A DNA stretch of 21,415 nt. Source: a virus. Taxonomy: Duplodnaviria; Heunggongvirae; Uroviricota; Caudoviricetes. This document shows, piece after piece, positions 8,048 to 15,961 of this stretch. Each line of letters begins with the position of its first letter. Position 1 is the first letter of the stretch. A model generated the notes under the pieces. That model ran no database searches. It was not told where the DNA came from and saw only the letters and a list, made by a program, of their open reading frames with translations. Where the stretch lies: the IMG/VR virus record IMGVR_UViG_2737471822_000004, positions 1 through 21,415 of that record; one strand, 5' to 3'. Made by a program: the position numbers and the translations under genes.

Positions 8048-8230
8048 GACGTGTCAACACACAAAAATGAAAGACGTGGGAATCCGCCATTCCAGTTCCG
8101 ACTTGACCCTGAACTGCGTGAACTGATGGAACAAGCACAACAGCAGGATGGCGATGAATCGCTAGCGGCTTGGATCAAGCGCATTCTACGCAAAGAGTTA
8201 CAAAGCCGAGGTTTAGAACCAAAGAATTGA
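8036..8230 (+). CDS. Small ribbon-helix-helix-like transcriptional regulator (64 aa), the only plus-strand gene in the satellite
   Basis: PFQFRLDPELRELMEQ... fits the beta-strand then helix pattern of Arc/CopG/ParD-type RHH proteins. Divergent from the replication operon. No clear SD at the first ATG; the GTG at 8051 is an alternative start. Confidence 0.5.
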   Translation: MGVIDVSTHKNERRGNPPFQFRLDPELRELMEQAQQQDGDESLAAWIKRILRKELQSRGLEPKN

Positions 8231-8240
8231 TTAATACGTT

Positions 8241-8263
8241 GGGGAGGCTTTTTTCTCCCCAGC
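8241..8263. terminator. Hairpin between the converging RHH gene and alpA (possible bidirectional terminator)
   Basis: GGGGAG / CTCCCC stem with a T-rich loop. No strong U-tract on either side, so function is uncertain. Confidence 0.3.
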
Positions 8264-8279
8264 TTTGTTAATATTGTCA

Positions 8280-8495
8280 TTACACTACTTCCTCCAATCC
8301 TGCTGATTGAGCTTTAACCCACTGCCTAATTTCTTGTGCATCGTAAACAGATACCCGTTTTGAAATGCGTATAGATTTGGGAAATTCAGGATTGTTCTTT
8401 TCCCAGCGCCAGAGAGTAACCGTACTTATTTGCAAAAAGTCAGCAGTAGCTCGTGGGCGGGCATGTCCAGTGATAGGATAAGTTTTTAATGTCAT
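8280..8495 (-). CDS. alpA: AlpA-family HTH regulator (71 aa)
   Basis: FLQISTVTLWRWEKNNPEFPKSIRISKRVSVYDAQEIRQWV matches the AlpA/Xis-type winged-helix pattern. Typical position between the integrase and the primase operon. Confidence 0.8.
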   Translation of the reverse strand: MTLKTYPITGHARPRATADFLQISTVTLWRWEKNNPEFPKSIRISKRVSVYDAQEIRQWVKAQSAGLEEVV

Positions 8496-8503
8496 GAAAT
8501 TAC

Positions 8504-8531
8504 CTGCCGTATTATGTAATGAACACGGCAG
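8504..8531 (-). promoter_or_regulatory. Stem-loop in the alpA 5' leader
   Basis: 7-bp stem CTGCCGT / ACGGCAG with a 14-nt loop that contains a GTAATG motif, ending 8 nt upstream of the alpA ATG. Confidence 0.3.
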
Positions 8532-8773
8532 ATACTATGGGGATATCAAAATGCTGTGAAGGTAGTGTAATCAACTCTACCTGTAGATTGTTTCAGTCTA
8601 CCCCTTTTGTTTTAATCCCGCATGATTAACCGCTAATCGTAATTTTCTTAAGATTTCTTGTTCATTAGTGATAAATATTGGAGGTAGCTCTCCTAAATGT
8701 TTAATTATGGCGTTAGTCCACTTTTCAGGACTTATCTCTTTTCTTTCACCACGACATTCGCTTGGGTATTTTG

Positions 8774-9481
8774 CTAATATATATATATGGCTGCATTTAA
8801 TAACCCCTCCCTATTTTTTGCATGATGCTCAGCAGTGTTATTTAATCGCTTGGGGATTTTAGGTTCAGATGAAATTCTTTTCGTAAGTAAACTTGGCATA
8901 GGAATTCCAGTTTTTACTGATTTCCATATTAACTCTAAATCTCTTCGCATGATAAGAAGATCTTCAAATGGAATCTCAATGACCTTATTTCCTTCATATG
9001 AGGCCGTTGCCATCAAAACATTATCTCGTATTTTTACCGGTTTAAGCCTGAATTCATAATCTGGATCTATAGCTAATCCATTTTTTATGTCACTTATCAT
9101 ATCATCGGCGTACCAAATACCACAGGCAAATCCTATAATTTGAAGCCCATTTTCAAAATGTTCAAAGGAATCATCTTTAAGGTCATACCATATTGTTGAA
9201 AATTCCATCTCTAGTGATTGATTAGTTAATACGGGATGAATTAAGTCAATTTCCATTTTCTGATTTTTATTGAGGAAATTAACATTAAATCTAACTGCAA
9301 GTCCATCCGCCTTGAATGCGATATTAAAAGCGCCTATTTCGTATAGATGTAATAAATCATCAATCTCGCATTCTAATAGTCTTGAAGCGCGTTCAAATGA
9401 ACAATATTCTAATGGTGGTATTTTTTTGTCAATCCATAGATTTCCTAAGAATATAGTTTCATTCTCTGTTGAATGCTGCAT
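8774..9481 (-). CDS. Hypothetical protein (235 aa), AT-rich cargo gene between integrase and alpA
   Basis: Long ORF with GAGG 7 nt upstream of ATG, 30 nt downstream of the integrase stop. Lower GC than neighbours. No motif recognised. Confidence 0.6.
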   Translation of the reverse strand: MQHSTENETIFLGNLWIDKKIPPLEYCSFERASRLLECEIDDLLHLYEIGAFNIAFKADGLAVRFNVNFLNKNQKMEIDLIHPVLTNQSLEMEFSTIWYDLKDDSFEHFENGLQIIGFACGIWYADDMISDIKNGLAIDPDYEFRLKPVKIRDNVLMATASYEGNKVIEIPFEDLLIMRRDLELIWKSVKTGIPMPSLLTKRISSEPKIPKRLNNTAEHHAKNREGLLNAAIYIY

Positions 9482-9511
9482 TATGACCTCTGTTTTAAAT
9501 TATAAGAGTAT

Positions 9512-10846
9512 TTAATTGATAATGTTAATACCTGATAAGTCATAAGGAGCATGGAATTCGTCCTTATTTAGTTCCAGATAATTAGACCACCATTGCATCA
9601 TTCTGCGGCGTTCCTGCATGTGCTGCGCAAGATGCACATATGCTGCCCGCACTTCGTTTCTTTCTTGGTGACTCATCTGCCGTTCAACTGCATCGCGTGA
9701 CCAGAGTCCTGATTCGGTCAGTGCAGAGCAGGCCATCGCCCTGAACCCATGCAAGCAAACATCAGTTTGAGTGTCGTAACCCATCGTTCGCAGTGCTTTA
9801 TTAACTGTGTTTTCGCTCATCGGTTTATATGGGTTGCTGTCACCGGGAAAAACCAGCAGATATTCACCACTGATTTTCCTTATATCCTCCAGTACCCCGA
9901 TAGCCTGACTAGATAGCGGGACATAATGAGCAGCCCCCATCTTTGCACCCCGATCTGAGAATTTAACCCCTGCGATCTCTTCACGTTGTCCTGGTATCGT
10001 CCATAGCCCATTTTCAATGTCGATCTCCTCCCATCTGGCATGTCGTAGTTCGCTGGATCGCACAAAAGTGTGCAGGGAAAAGAGAACTGCTAGGCGAGTC
10101 AATGGTCTTCCCGTGTAACTTCTCGTTTTCGCTAACAGTTCAGGTAAACGTTCGAGAGGTAGTGCGGGGCGATGTCGTACTTTGGGGGCCGTAATTGCAC
10201 CTTTTAGATCGTGGGCAGGGTTGTAATCGACAATTCCACGTTGCACGGCATAACGGAAGATGCTCGTCATAGTGGTTTTTACACGGCTCGTTGTGGCACC
10301 AATTCCTTTCTCAGTCATCTCAACCAGCATCGGCATCAAGTCACGGGTTTTGAGCGTATCGATAGGCTTTGAACCGATGGCAGGAAAGAGGTGGTTTTCC
10401 ATTTCTCGGAGAATTTTTTTACGGGTGATCTCTTTCCACTCAGGATGCCCCATCGTTCCACTATGCCACTCTCTGGCAACACTCTCGAACGTGGGGGAAA
10501 TTGGGTCTTCCTTTTTGGGTTTCTTTGCTTCGCGAGGATCACGACCATCGGCTAGTAGTTGCCTGGCTTCATCACGCCGTTTCCGCGCTGTTGCAAGTGA
10601 GACATCTGGGTAGACCCCTAATGCTAATGTCACTTGTTTTCCATCAAAACGATAATTCATACGCCAGTATTTTCCACCAGTCTTTCGTACCAGTAGATAC
10701 AAACTCCCTCCATCGGTAAGTTTGTAATCATTGGTCTTCGGCTTGGCGTTTTCTATCTGTTTGGGGGAAAGCACATTAATGGCCATATCTGTACTCATTT
10801 TGGTAAATTGATGGTATCTGCATATCGAACTGGGGAATACCATCAC
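9512..10846 (-). CDS. Tyrosine recombinase, P4-family integrase (int1); probable true start at 10786 or 10798
   Basis: N-terminal arm-binding domain (KLTDGGSLYLLVRKTGGKYWRMNYRF...VTLALGVYPDVSLATARKRRDEAR) and C-terminal catalytic region (HGFRA...RAAYVH...RRRMMQWW). The canonical N-terminus begins at MAINVLSPK. Confidence 0.9.
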   Translation of the reverse strand: MMVFPSSICRYHQFTKMSTDMAINVLSPKQIENAKPKTNDYKLTDGGSLYLLVRKTGGKYWRMNYRFDGKQVTLALGVYPDVSLATARKRRDEARQLLADGRDPREAKKPKKEDPISPTFESVAREWHSGTMGHPEWKEITRKKILREMENHLFPAIGSKPIDTLKTRDLMPMLVEMTEKGIGATTSRVKTTMTSIFRYAVQRGIVDYNPAHDLKGAITAPKVRHRPALPLERLPELLAKTRSYTGRPLTRLAVLFSLHTFVRSSELRHARWEEIDIENGLWTIPGQREEIAGVKFSDRGAKMGAAHYVPLSSQAIGVLEDIRKISGEYLLVFPGDSNPYKPMSENTVNKALRTMGYDTQTDVCLHGFRAMACSALTESGLWSRDAVERQMSHQERNEVRAAYVHLAQHMQERRRMMQWWSNYLELNKDEFHAPYDLSGINIIN

Positions 10847-11057
10847 TTATACCATCACGAGGTTGTAATGTCATGAAATTAACTGAAATGAAAATCAGGC
10901 CGATTCGGTGATAACTTACTGTTTTTTTAAGTGGTTATGTAATGAAGTGAAATGTAGAGAAAGGTCTTTAAAGTGTCCCTGCAGACATCTACTTGAGGCG
11001 GCAGGGGGTTGATTAGAATGGTGTTTTTTAGATTTGAGAAATATTTTACCCGCTATT
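10847..11057. other. Inter-element junction: candidate att site region, duplicated alpA start segment, and direct repeats
   Basis: Contains a second copy of the 16-mer TAATGTCATGAAATTA that overlaps the alpA start codon (10866-10881 versus 8487-8502), a tRNA 3'-end-like GTGTCCCTGCAG (10963-10974), and a TATTTTACCC direct repeat at 11042-11063. Confidence 0.35.
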
Positions 11058-11258
11058 TTACCCATTCGCGCGGCTTAAGAGCTTATTTTTGAATTCACAA
11101 TGGTCACGATATAACCATCTTGCTCGTCCGTGGATAACTTTGGCTTTAGGCAGGTCGCCGGACTTAATCCGGTCATAGATGAAGGTTTTACCAAAGCCAG
11201 TATCAGCCATGATGAATTTCAAATCAACCAGTGAATCAGGTTGTAGTTCGTGTTGCAT
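11058..11258 (-). CDS. torI: TorI-like excisionase / recombination directionality factor (66 aa, AlpA/Xis-type winged helix)
   Basis: 66-aa protein MQHELQPDSLVDLKFIMADTGFGKTFIYDRIKSGDLPKAKVIHGRARW... with an HTH_17-like pattern. I recall this as the E. coli KplE1 TorI sequence. GGAGA upstream of ATG. Lies at the prophage end opposite the IntS-like integrase. Confidence 0.65.
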   Translation of the reverse strand: MQHELQPDSLVDLKFIMADTGFGKTFIYDRIKSGDLPKAKVIHGRARWLYRDHCEFKNKLLSRANG

Positions 11259-11300
11259 GAGTGCTATCTCCGAATAGGGAATCGAACCTGCAAATCAGGC

Positions 11301-11323
11301 AATAAAAAACCGCATTGATGCGG
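11301..11323 (-). terminator. Rho-independent terminator at the end of the early operon
   Basis: Minus-strand hairpin CCGCA-ucaa-UGCGG followed by UUUUUUAUU, between the 114-aa gene and the torI-like gene. Confidence 0.6.
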
Positions 11324-11382
11324 CAATGGTAGGTCTGGATATCTTGAGAAATGAACGGGCCTCATCGAGTGTGAGGCTGTGG

Positions 11383-11727
11383 TTAGTCCTTGCGTAACTC
11401 GCTAATTCTTCTGTAAGTCTCTGGTGCTTTGTTTCCGTGTATCTTCATTTCAGACTTCAACAGAGCAACGAGAGAATCCCATTCGTTGAGGATGCCTTTG
11501 AATGCCGGAACGCGCTTTGCAACCTTGTCGAATGAATCCCTGATTTCTGGAATCTGCTCGACAAGCGCAACGCATCGCCGGAAGTCGGCTACGTCATGTG
11601 GAGCGCCGAAGTGATGACCATAGATATTCTTTTTCAGTCCACATGCGATTGAGGCAAGAGTTGCGCTACTGATGCCAACATCGCCAGTCGATTGCCATTT
11701 CAAAACCTTCATAGCCAAATCTGACAT
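11383..11727 (-). CDS. Hypothetical prophage protein (114 aa)
   Basis: ORF co-oriented with the early operon. No motif recognised. Confidence 0.5.
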   Translation of the reverse strand: MSDLAMKVLKWQSTGDVGISSATLASIACGLKKNIYGHHFGAPHDVADFRRCVALVEQIPEIRDSFDKVAKRVPAFKGILNEWDSLVALLKSEMKIHGNKAPETYRRISELRKD

Positions 11728-11799
11728 TTCTTGTCTCCATAAAACAAAACTCGCCGTAGCGAGTTCAGATAAAAGAAATCCCCGCGAGTGCGAGGATTG

Positions 11800-12084
11800 T
11801 TATTCATTGCCGATATTCACCTTTATCGCGAACACCTTTACCGGTTTATCGCCGAAGTGCGGATGTGTGATTGTCTTGATTTCATATCCGTCATACGGGA
11901 CGTCAATTCTGCGGCTGGAATCGTCGCGCTTCGGATATCCCTTTGTGATAATCAGGCGGTCATGCTTACGGTTAACGAGGCGCTTTTTCCAGTAGTCATT
12001 ACACAAGCGATACTCTTCCGTTTTCTCCCCGCGAATCATGGCATCGAAGTATTCACCTTTGACGGCAAGTTGCAGGTTAGCCAT
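11800..12084 (-). CDS. ASCH/DUF3850-like small protein (94 aa from the ATG at 12084)
   Basis: MANLQLAVKGEYFDAMIRGEKTEEYR resembles the N-terminal pattern of ASCH/DUF3850 proteins. GGAGGTG 7 nt upstream. TAATG stop/start overlap with the upstream gene. Confidence 0.55.
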   Translation of the reverse strand: MANLQLAVKGEYFDAMIRGEKTEEYRLCNDYWKKRLVNRKHDRLIITKGYPKRDDSSRRIDVPYDGYEIKTITHPHFGDKPVKVFAIKVNIGNE

Positions 12085-12344
12085 TACCGCACCTCCAGTT
12101 TCCATACCGCCTGACCAATCCGGCTGGCATAGGTATCTTTGGATACTGCTCCGTCTTTAGCCAGCTCCATAAGAATTTTGCGCAAATCTGCCGAACGCCA
12201 TTCTTCATCAGGAAATTCCTTCTCCATTGCCAACCGCAGATTCCAGGTTGCTATCGTGAATGGATATTCCCCGCCGAGAGCTTTCTCTTGCAGGGCAGAA
12301 CGGGAACGCATCACCTGCAAAACCTTCTCTTTTACATCCATCAT
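12084..12344 (-). CDS. Hypothetical prophage protein (86 aa)
   Basis: ORF translationally coupled to both neighbours (4-nt overlap with the DUF551 gene, 1-nt overlap with the ASCH-like gene). Confidence 0.5.
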   Translation of the reverse strand: MMDVKEKVLQVMRSRSALQEKALGGEYPFTIATWNLRLAMEKEFPDEEWRSADLRKILMELAKDGAVSKDTYASRIGQAVWKLEVR

Positions 12345-13342
12345 TTTGCCTCCTGCGGCGGTTCTGGTAGTGGCATCCAGTGTGTGACATTGCTAATCAG
12401 ACCATATTCATTAGTTTGAGGATGGTTGCCGTTATCGTCTCCGTATTTAAGACTCTCCATAAAACCATAATGCTTATTCCCATTAACGCTCACAAAGCCG
12501 TAATAAGCAGGTATAACGCCGATCTCACACGTAACCAGCAAAGGAAAACCAGTTCTCCAGTTTAGTTCACCGATTTCAGGCATTCGATCACTACAGCTTA
12601 TCCAACTATCCGGAGTTACCGGAGAGTTGCCCGATAGCGCGTTCTGCAGTCGCTCCAGCTTCACGTATTCCTGAACCCTGTTTCCGTCGCATGCCTGAAG
12701 CCATTGCGCAGCCTTTTGCGCATCAGTGTGAAAGGCACAAGTGCGACCGTCATCAAATTGCATTTCGTAGAGGTCAGCAACTTGTTCAAACTGCGTGTGT
12801 TGTGACTTGTAAGTTTGGCTTACAGGTTCGGCTTCCAGTTCTGCTATGCGCTTCTCTGTGGATTCCAGCGCTGCAACCAATTCGTCTACAGTTCCGGCAG
12901 CTTGCAGTGCGTAATCGGTAATAGCCATCTCATGATCAATTTCAGTACCGTTCTCATTCGTTGAGGTGATAGCAAAATAATCAGAGTCGATTTCGTTATC
13001 AGCTAAGTGGCGTAGCGTATCGGCAACAAGCTGGCCGTTTTCGATTAGCAGCCTCCCAACCGTAAGCGCAATATCCTCGTTCTCCTGGTCGCGGCGTTTT
13101 ATGTATTGCTGGTTTCTTTCCCGTTCATCCAGCAGCGCCAGCACGGTTTCTGGTCCGGTCAGAAATTTGAAGGCGTTGAGCGCATCAATATCCACACCGT
13201 AATCTTTAAGTTCCTGTTCACTTAACAAATCATCATCAGCTGGCAACATTAACAGGCGTTCCATTGCTGGAATTGCACGTTCCGCCGCCTCACGCAGTGC
13301 CTGGTAATTAATTTCGCTCACTGGTTGCCTCCTTTGCGCCAC
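12341..13342 (-). CDS. DUF551-domain phage protein (333 aa), Ea22-like early-region protein
   Basis: C-terminal [10 protein letters not shown]...LLVTCE...YYGF...[12 protein letters not shown] matches the DUF551 pattern common in lambdoid early-left operons. Acidic N-terminal region. Confidence 0.65.
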   Translation of the reverse strand: MAQRRQPVSEINYQALREAAERAIPAMERLLMLPADDDLLSEQELKDYGVDIDALNAFKFLTGPETVLALLDERERNQQYIKRRDQENEDIALTVGRLLIENGQLVADTLRHLADNEIDSDYFAITSTNENGTEIDHEMAITDYALQAAGTVDELVAALESTEKRIAELEAEPVSQTYKSQHTQFEQVADLYEMQFDDGRTCAFHTDAQKAAQWLQACDGNRVQEYVKLERLQNALSGNSPVTPDSWISCSDRMPEIGELNWRTGFPLLVTCEIGVIPAYYGFVSVNGNKHYGFMESLKYGDDNGNHPQTNEYGLISNVTHWMPLPEPPQEAK

Positions 13343-13501
13343 ATCGCATTCAGATATTTGTTTTGATTCACTGATGGAAAAGAATTTCTCTTAAGCAATT
13401 CCTCTCTCGATGGCATTGGCTTTACGCGTTGGCGAATAATCATTTCCGCCGGAAGAATTCCGGGATTGTATGCAAGTCCTCTCATGGTAAATTCCTCTTT
13501 G

Positions 13502-13816
13502 TTAATTTATTCGTATGCCTGTTCTCTCTTCATCGAGTTTTTTTAGCTTGTATCGCATAGCTCTTACTGAATAAATTGAGCGGCAGGTTGCAATTGCTAT
13601 TTCTTCTGCGGAGAACTTACCGAAAAGTGATACTTCGGCTCTTGTCCATCGTCTTCCACGAAGTCGGCTAACAATGTCAGCGCCAATCCTTGTTGCTTTC
13701 GCCATTACTGCTTTTTCAGTCCTTTCCAGTTTTTCAGCGATAACTTCAACTGGCATTGTCGCCGCCACTTCGCGCAAGAAATCGACTTCCCATTTCTCCC
13801 ATGGAGTCTTTTTCAT
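13502..13816 (-). CDS. Hypothetical prophage protein (104 aa)
   Basis: ORF in operon context. Basic C-terminus. No firm family. Confidence 0.45.
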   Translation of the reverse strand: MKKTPWEKWEVDFLREVAATMPVEVIAEKLERTEKAVMAKATRIGADIVSRLRGRRWTRAEVSLFGKFSAEEIAIATCRSIYSVRAMRYKLKKLDEERTGIRIN

Positions 13817-13827
13817 AGGCGATACCG

Positions 13828-14316
13828 TTATTTGATAAGAAGTGAAGGTTTCCCAACTTTGAGTTGAGCGCCGGGGATATTTATTCCTGCTTTTAGTTGG
13901 TGCTTGATTGCCAACTTGTCGGCTTTAATTGTCGTTTCGAACTCAACGTATTCAGGAGGAAGGGCGCTTGAGTCGATGATTTCTACAATTTCTGACGGTT
14001 TGCGGATTGTTACCTGGTGAATACCTGCTCGAATATTTTTCTTGCCAACCATTTCAAGCGATGACGCTATATATGATTTGATGCTGTCAATCTTATTTTG
14101 AATTACTGCGGCTCGCTCATTCAGTGACTTTGCCTCTTCCTTGAGGCGTTCAGCATAAGCAGATTCATTTTTAATGACGGAAAGAAGTTGCTCTATTTTA
14201 TCGGTAAATTCTCCTTCCATGCCTTCTATTGTGTCAGCAATCATCTCTGGTTCTAAATCTGAATCCATCAATTTTGCGTATTCATTGGCAATTTCATACA
14301 GTTTGCTCACTGGCAA
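13828..14316 (-). CDS. Sipho_Gp157-like protein (162 aa), frequent partner of RecT/Erf recombinases
   Basis: Coiled-coil N-terminus and C-terminal ...IKADKLAIKHQLKAGINIPGAQL... pattern. Start overlaps the 3' end of recT. Confidence 0.5.
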   Translation of the reverse strand: MPVSKLYEIANEYAKLMDSDLEPEMIADTIEGMEGEFTDKIEQLLSVIKNESAYAERLKEEAKSLNERAAVIQNKIDSIKSYIASSLEMVGKKNIRAGIHQVTIRKPSEIVEIIDSSALPPEYVEFETTIKADKLAIKHQLKAGINIPGAQLKVGKPSLLIK

Positions 14317-15205
14317 CCTCCAGTTTCGCTTTGCATTCTATGTAAATGGCTTGTACGTTCTGCTGTAATTTCATTCCAGATGTCAGGCGATATGCTTCTG
14401 CAAAATATCGCTTCAAATCATCCATGTTTTCTGCCTGAGCCATTTCATCGCAAAGAAGTTGTACTTTATCCATTATTTCCTGCTGGCGTTTCCGTTCATC
14501 TTCGCGGATATCTTCCTCTGATTTGTGCGGCATAACTGGTTCAGTCCACACACCTTCTTCTTCGTTTAGTACGTGAATAGCACTATCAAGACGTGATGCC
14601 TTAGGCCAATACTTGCTTGCACGCTTTACGACCGTCTTTCGCGCCATCTCATTCCAGTGATTTACCCATGGTCCTTTATCGCTGAATGCCGCCTTGCTTG
14701 TTTTCCTTACAGCCTCAATTTCAGCCAGACTCATCTCTTCCGTTAGATAATCACCTGCTGGCGTCTTAACTGTGCAGTAAACGCCAACGATATCACCGCG
14801 ATCACCGAAGGCGTTGTATTTATGGGTTGGTGCTTTATCAAGCCCGTTTGACTCATAGGTATCGTTAGCATGAACAAGTTTTGCCTGACCCCATGAGATA
14901 ACACCAGACTCCATTGCAATATGGAGCAACCCCATATAACTGATATCAAGGCACACCATGCCGTCGCGCGGAACCAGATAAGCCAGTTTGCTAGCCGGGT
15001 TTAAGGTGATGCCGATCGCCGCAACATTGATGATGGCGTTCTGTGCGCTGGTTGGATTTGCCAGTGCCGTTTTAGCCAGGTAATCGTTTTTCTGGAAATA
15101 CTGAATTGCAAACTGGCTTTCCTTAGCCCATGTCACCGTCTGTTCAGTCAATGCTCCGCAGAATAACTGCTCCTGCTGTTTAACGAATTCAACGATATTG
15201 CTCAT
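14294..15205 (-). CDS. recT: RecT-family single-strand annealing recombinase (303 aa)
   Basis: GPWVNHWNEMARKTVVKRASKYWP matches the conserved RecT motif (Rac RecT: GPWVTHWEEMAKKTAIRRLFKYLP). Family-level call. Confidence 0.8.
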   Translation of the reverse strand: MSNIVEFVKQQEQLFCGALTEQTVTWAKESQFAIQYFQKNDYLAKTALANPTSAQNAIINVAAIGITLNPASKLAYLVPRDGMVCLDISYMGLLHIAMESGVISWGQAKLVHANDTYESNGLDKAPTHKYNAFGDRGDIVGVYCTVKTPAGDYLTEEMSLAEIEAVRKTSKAAFSDKGPWVNHWNEMARKTVVKRASKYWPKASRLDSAIHVLNEEEGVWTEPVMPHKSEEDIREDERKRQQEIMDKVQLLCDEMAQAENMDDLKRYFAEAYRLTSGMKLQQNVQAIYIECKAKLEVASEQTV

Positions 15206-15513
15206 GCTGCTTCTCCAAAAATGTGTCTGCGCTTGAATATTGCGAAGGCATATTCAGCCTTAACTCTTTCGGTTATTGCATCCCAGAACCATTCAGCGGC
15301 TTTTTCCTGATAGTTACAGTCATCATCTTCCAGCCAGTCGATAGCGTCCTTAGTGTGTTCATCTGGTTTATATGAGCGAAGCATTTCGCTTATTGGGTCG
15401 CAACGTTTGCAGAGGCGATCAACTTCACTGTTGATTCGTTCGTAATCTTCATCAGTAAAACTTGCGATTATTTGCGATATTTCACGCTTATCATTCAGAG
15501 TCAGAATCATCAT
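15202..15513 (-). CDS. Hypothetical prophage protein (103 aa)
   Basis: ORF with 4-nt overlap to recT. Acidic. No motif recognised. Confidence 0.5.
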   Translation of the reverse strand: MMILTLNDKREISQIIASFTDEDYERINSEVDRLCKRCDPISEMLRSYKPDEHTKDAIDWLEDDDCNYQEKAAEWFWDAITERVKAEYAFAIFKRRHIFGEAA

Positions 15514-15598
15514 CTTTCTCCTGTTCTTTGTGCTGATTGAGCATTTTGTTCATCTGACGAATGAATTCTTCGTCTGACCAGTTATCCGTAAAACTCAT
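15491..15598 (-). CDS. Possible small ORF (35 aa, acidic C-terminus)
   Basis: Below the ORF-track cutoff. Its ATG overlaps the stop of the upstream 56-aa ORF (ATGA) and its 3' end overlaps the 103-aa start. Supported only by coupling geometry. Confidence 0.25.
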   Translation of the reverse strand: MSFTDNWSDEEFIRQMNKMLNQHKEQEKDDDSDSE

Positions 15599-15765
15599 GG
15601 ACGGCCTTGTTGTTTCAAAATATCCCAAAGCTTTTCGAGCAAACTTTTCATTCTTGGTTGTTTAAAGTCTGCTCCGGTTAAAATATTTTTTCGTGAATGC
15701 TGTACCGATAAAATCGGGTTGAAAGGGCGAACCGATGCCGCCCCTGCAATAGCGAACTGTTGCAT
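15595..15765 (-). CDS. Possible small protein (56 aa), leader gene of the early operon
   Basis: AAGGAG 6 nt upstream of the ATG at 15765. The longer 91-aa frame has no RBS at its first ATG. Confidence 0.3.
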   Translation of the reverse strand: MQQFAIAGAASVRPFNPILSVQHSRKNILTGADFKQPRMKSLLEKLWDILKQQGRP

Positions 15766-15825
15766 AGGATGCTCCTTCTGTTTGATTGCATAACGAAAAC
15801 GCCTCGAGTGAAGCGTTATTGGTAT

Positions 15826-15855
15826 GCATATAAAAAGGCCCTCACACTGGAGGGC
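15826..15855 (-). terminator. Rho-independent terminator downstream of the 108/141-aa gene
   Basis: Minus-strand hairpin GCCCTC-cagugu-GAGGGC followed by CUUUUUAUAU. Confidence 0.6.
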
Positions 15856-15961
15856 AAAGAAGACTTCCAATAATCAGAACAAGTCGGCTCCTGTTTAGTT
15901 ACGAGCGACATTGCTCCGTGTATTCACTCGTTGGAATGAATACACAGTGCTTATTCGCAGC

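Larger units (their letters stand above)
1..10846. mobile_element. P4-like phage satellite (integrase, alpA, alpha primase-helicase, iterons, sid-psu-delta, cargo); continues beyond the left window edge
   Basis: Co-linear minus-strand set of P4 hallmark genes (int, AlpA, alpha, Sid, Psu, Ogr/Delta) plus alpha-adjacent iterons and TGT-N12-ACA dyads. The left boundary is not in the window. Confidence 0.75.

Noticed and set aside
8668-8862. Plus-strand 64-aa ORF in the alpA to ORF235 interval
   Set aside because: Overlaps the 3' end of ORF235 on the opposite strand and lies in the alpA promoter/leader region. Hydrophobic low-complexity translation.
11270-11350. Possible intact tRNA gene (GGTTCGATTCC T-loop motif on the minus strand)
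   Set aside because: The flanking bases do not form a T-stem or acceptor stem and no anticodon arm can be drawn. The sequence overlaps a terminator hairpin and the torI leader, so it is treated only as a tRNA-derived fragment.
9880-14949. Nested or antisense ORFs inside int1, the early-operon genes and recT (for example 9880..10065, 10260..10613, 11672..12114, 12139..12565, 12691..12921, 14743..14949)
   Set aside because: All lie within longer ORFs that have family-level motif support or coupling geometry, and none has independent translation signals.
15595-15870. Full-length 91-aa minus-strand ORF
   Set aside because: Its first ATG lies inside the terminator hairpin at 15838-15855 and has no RBS. 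Only the downstream 56-codon portion with an AAGGAG SD is retained as a low-confidence gene.
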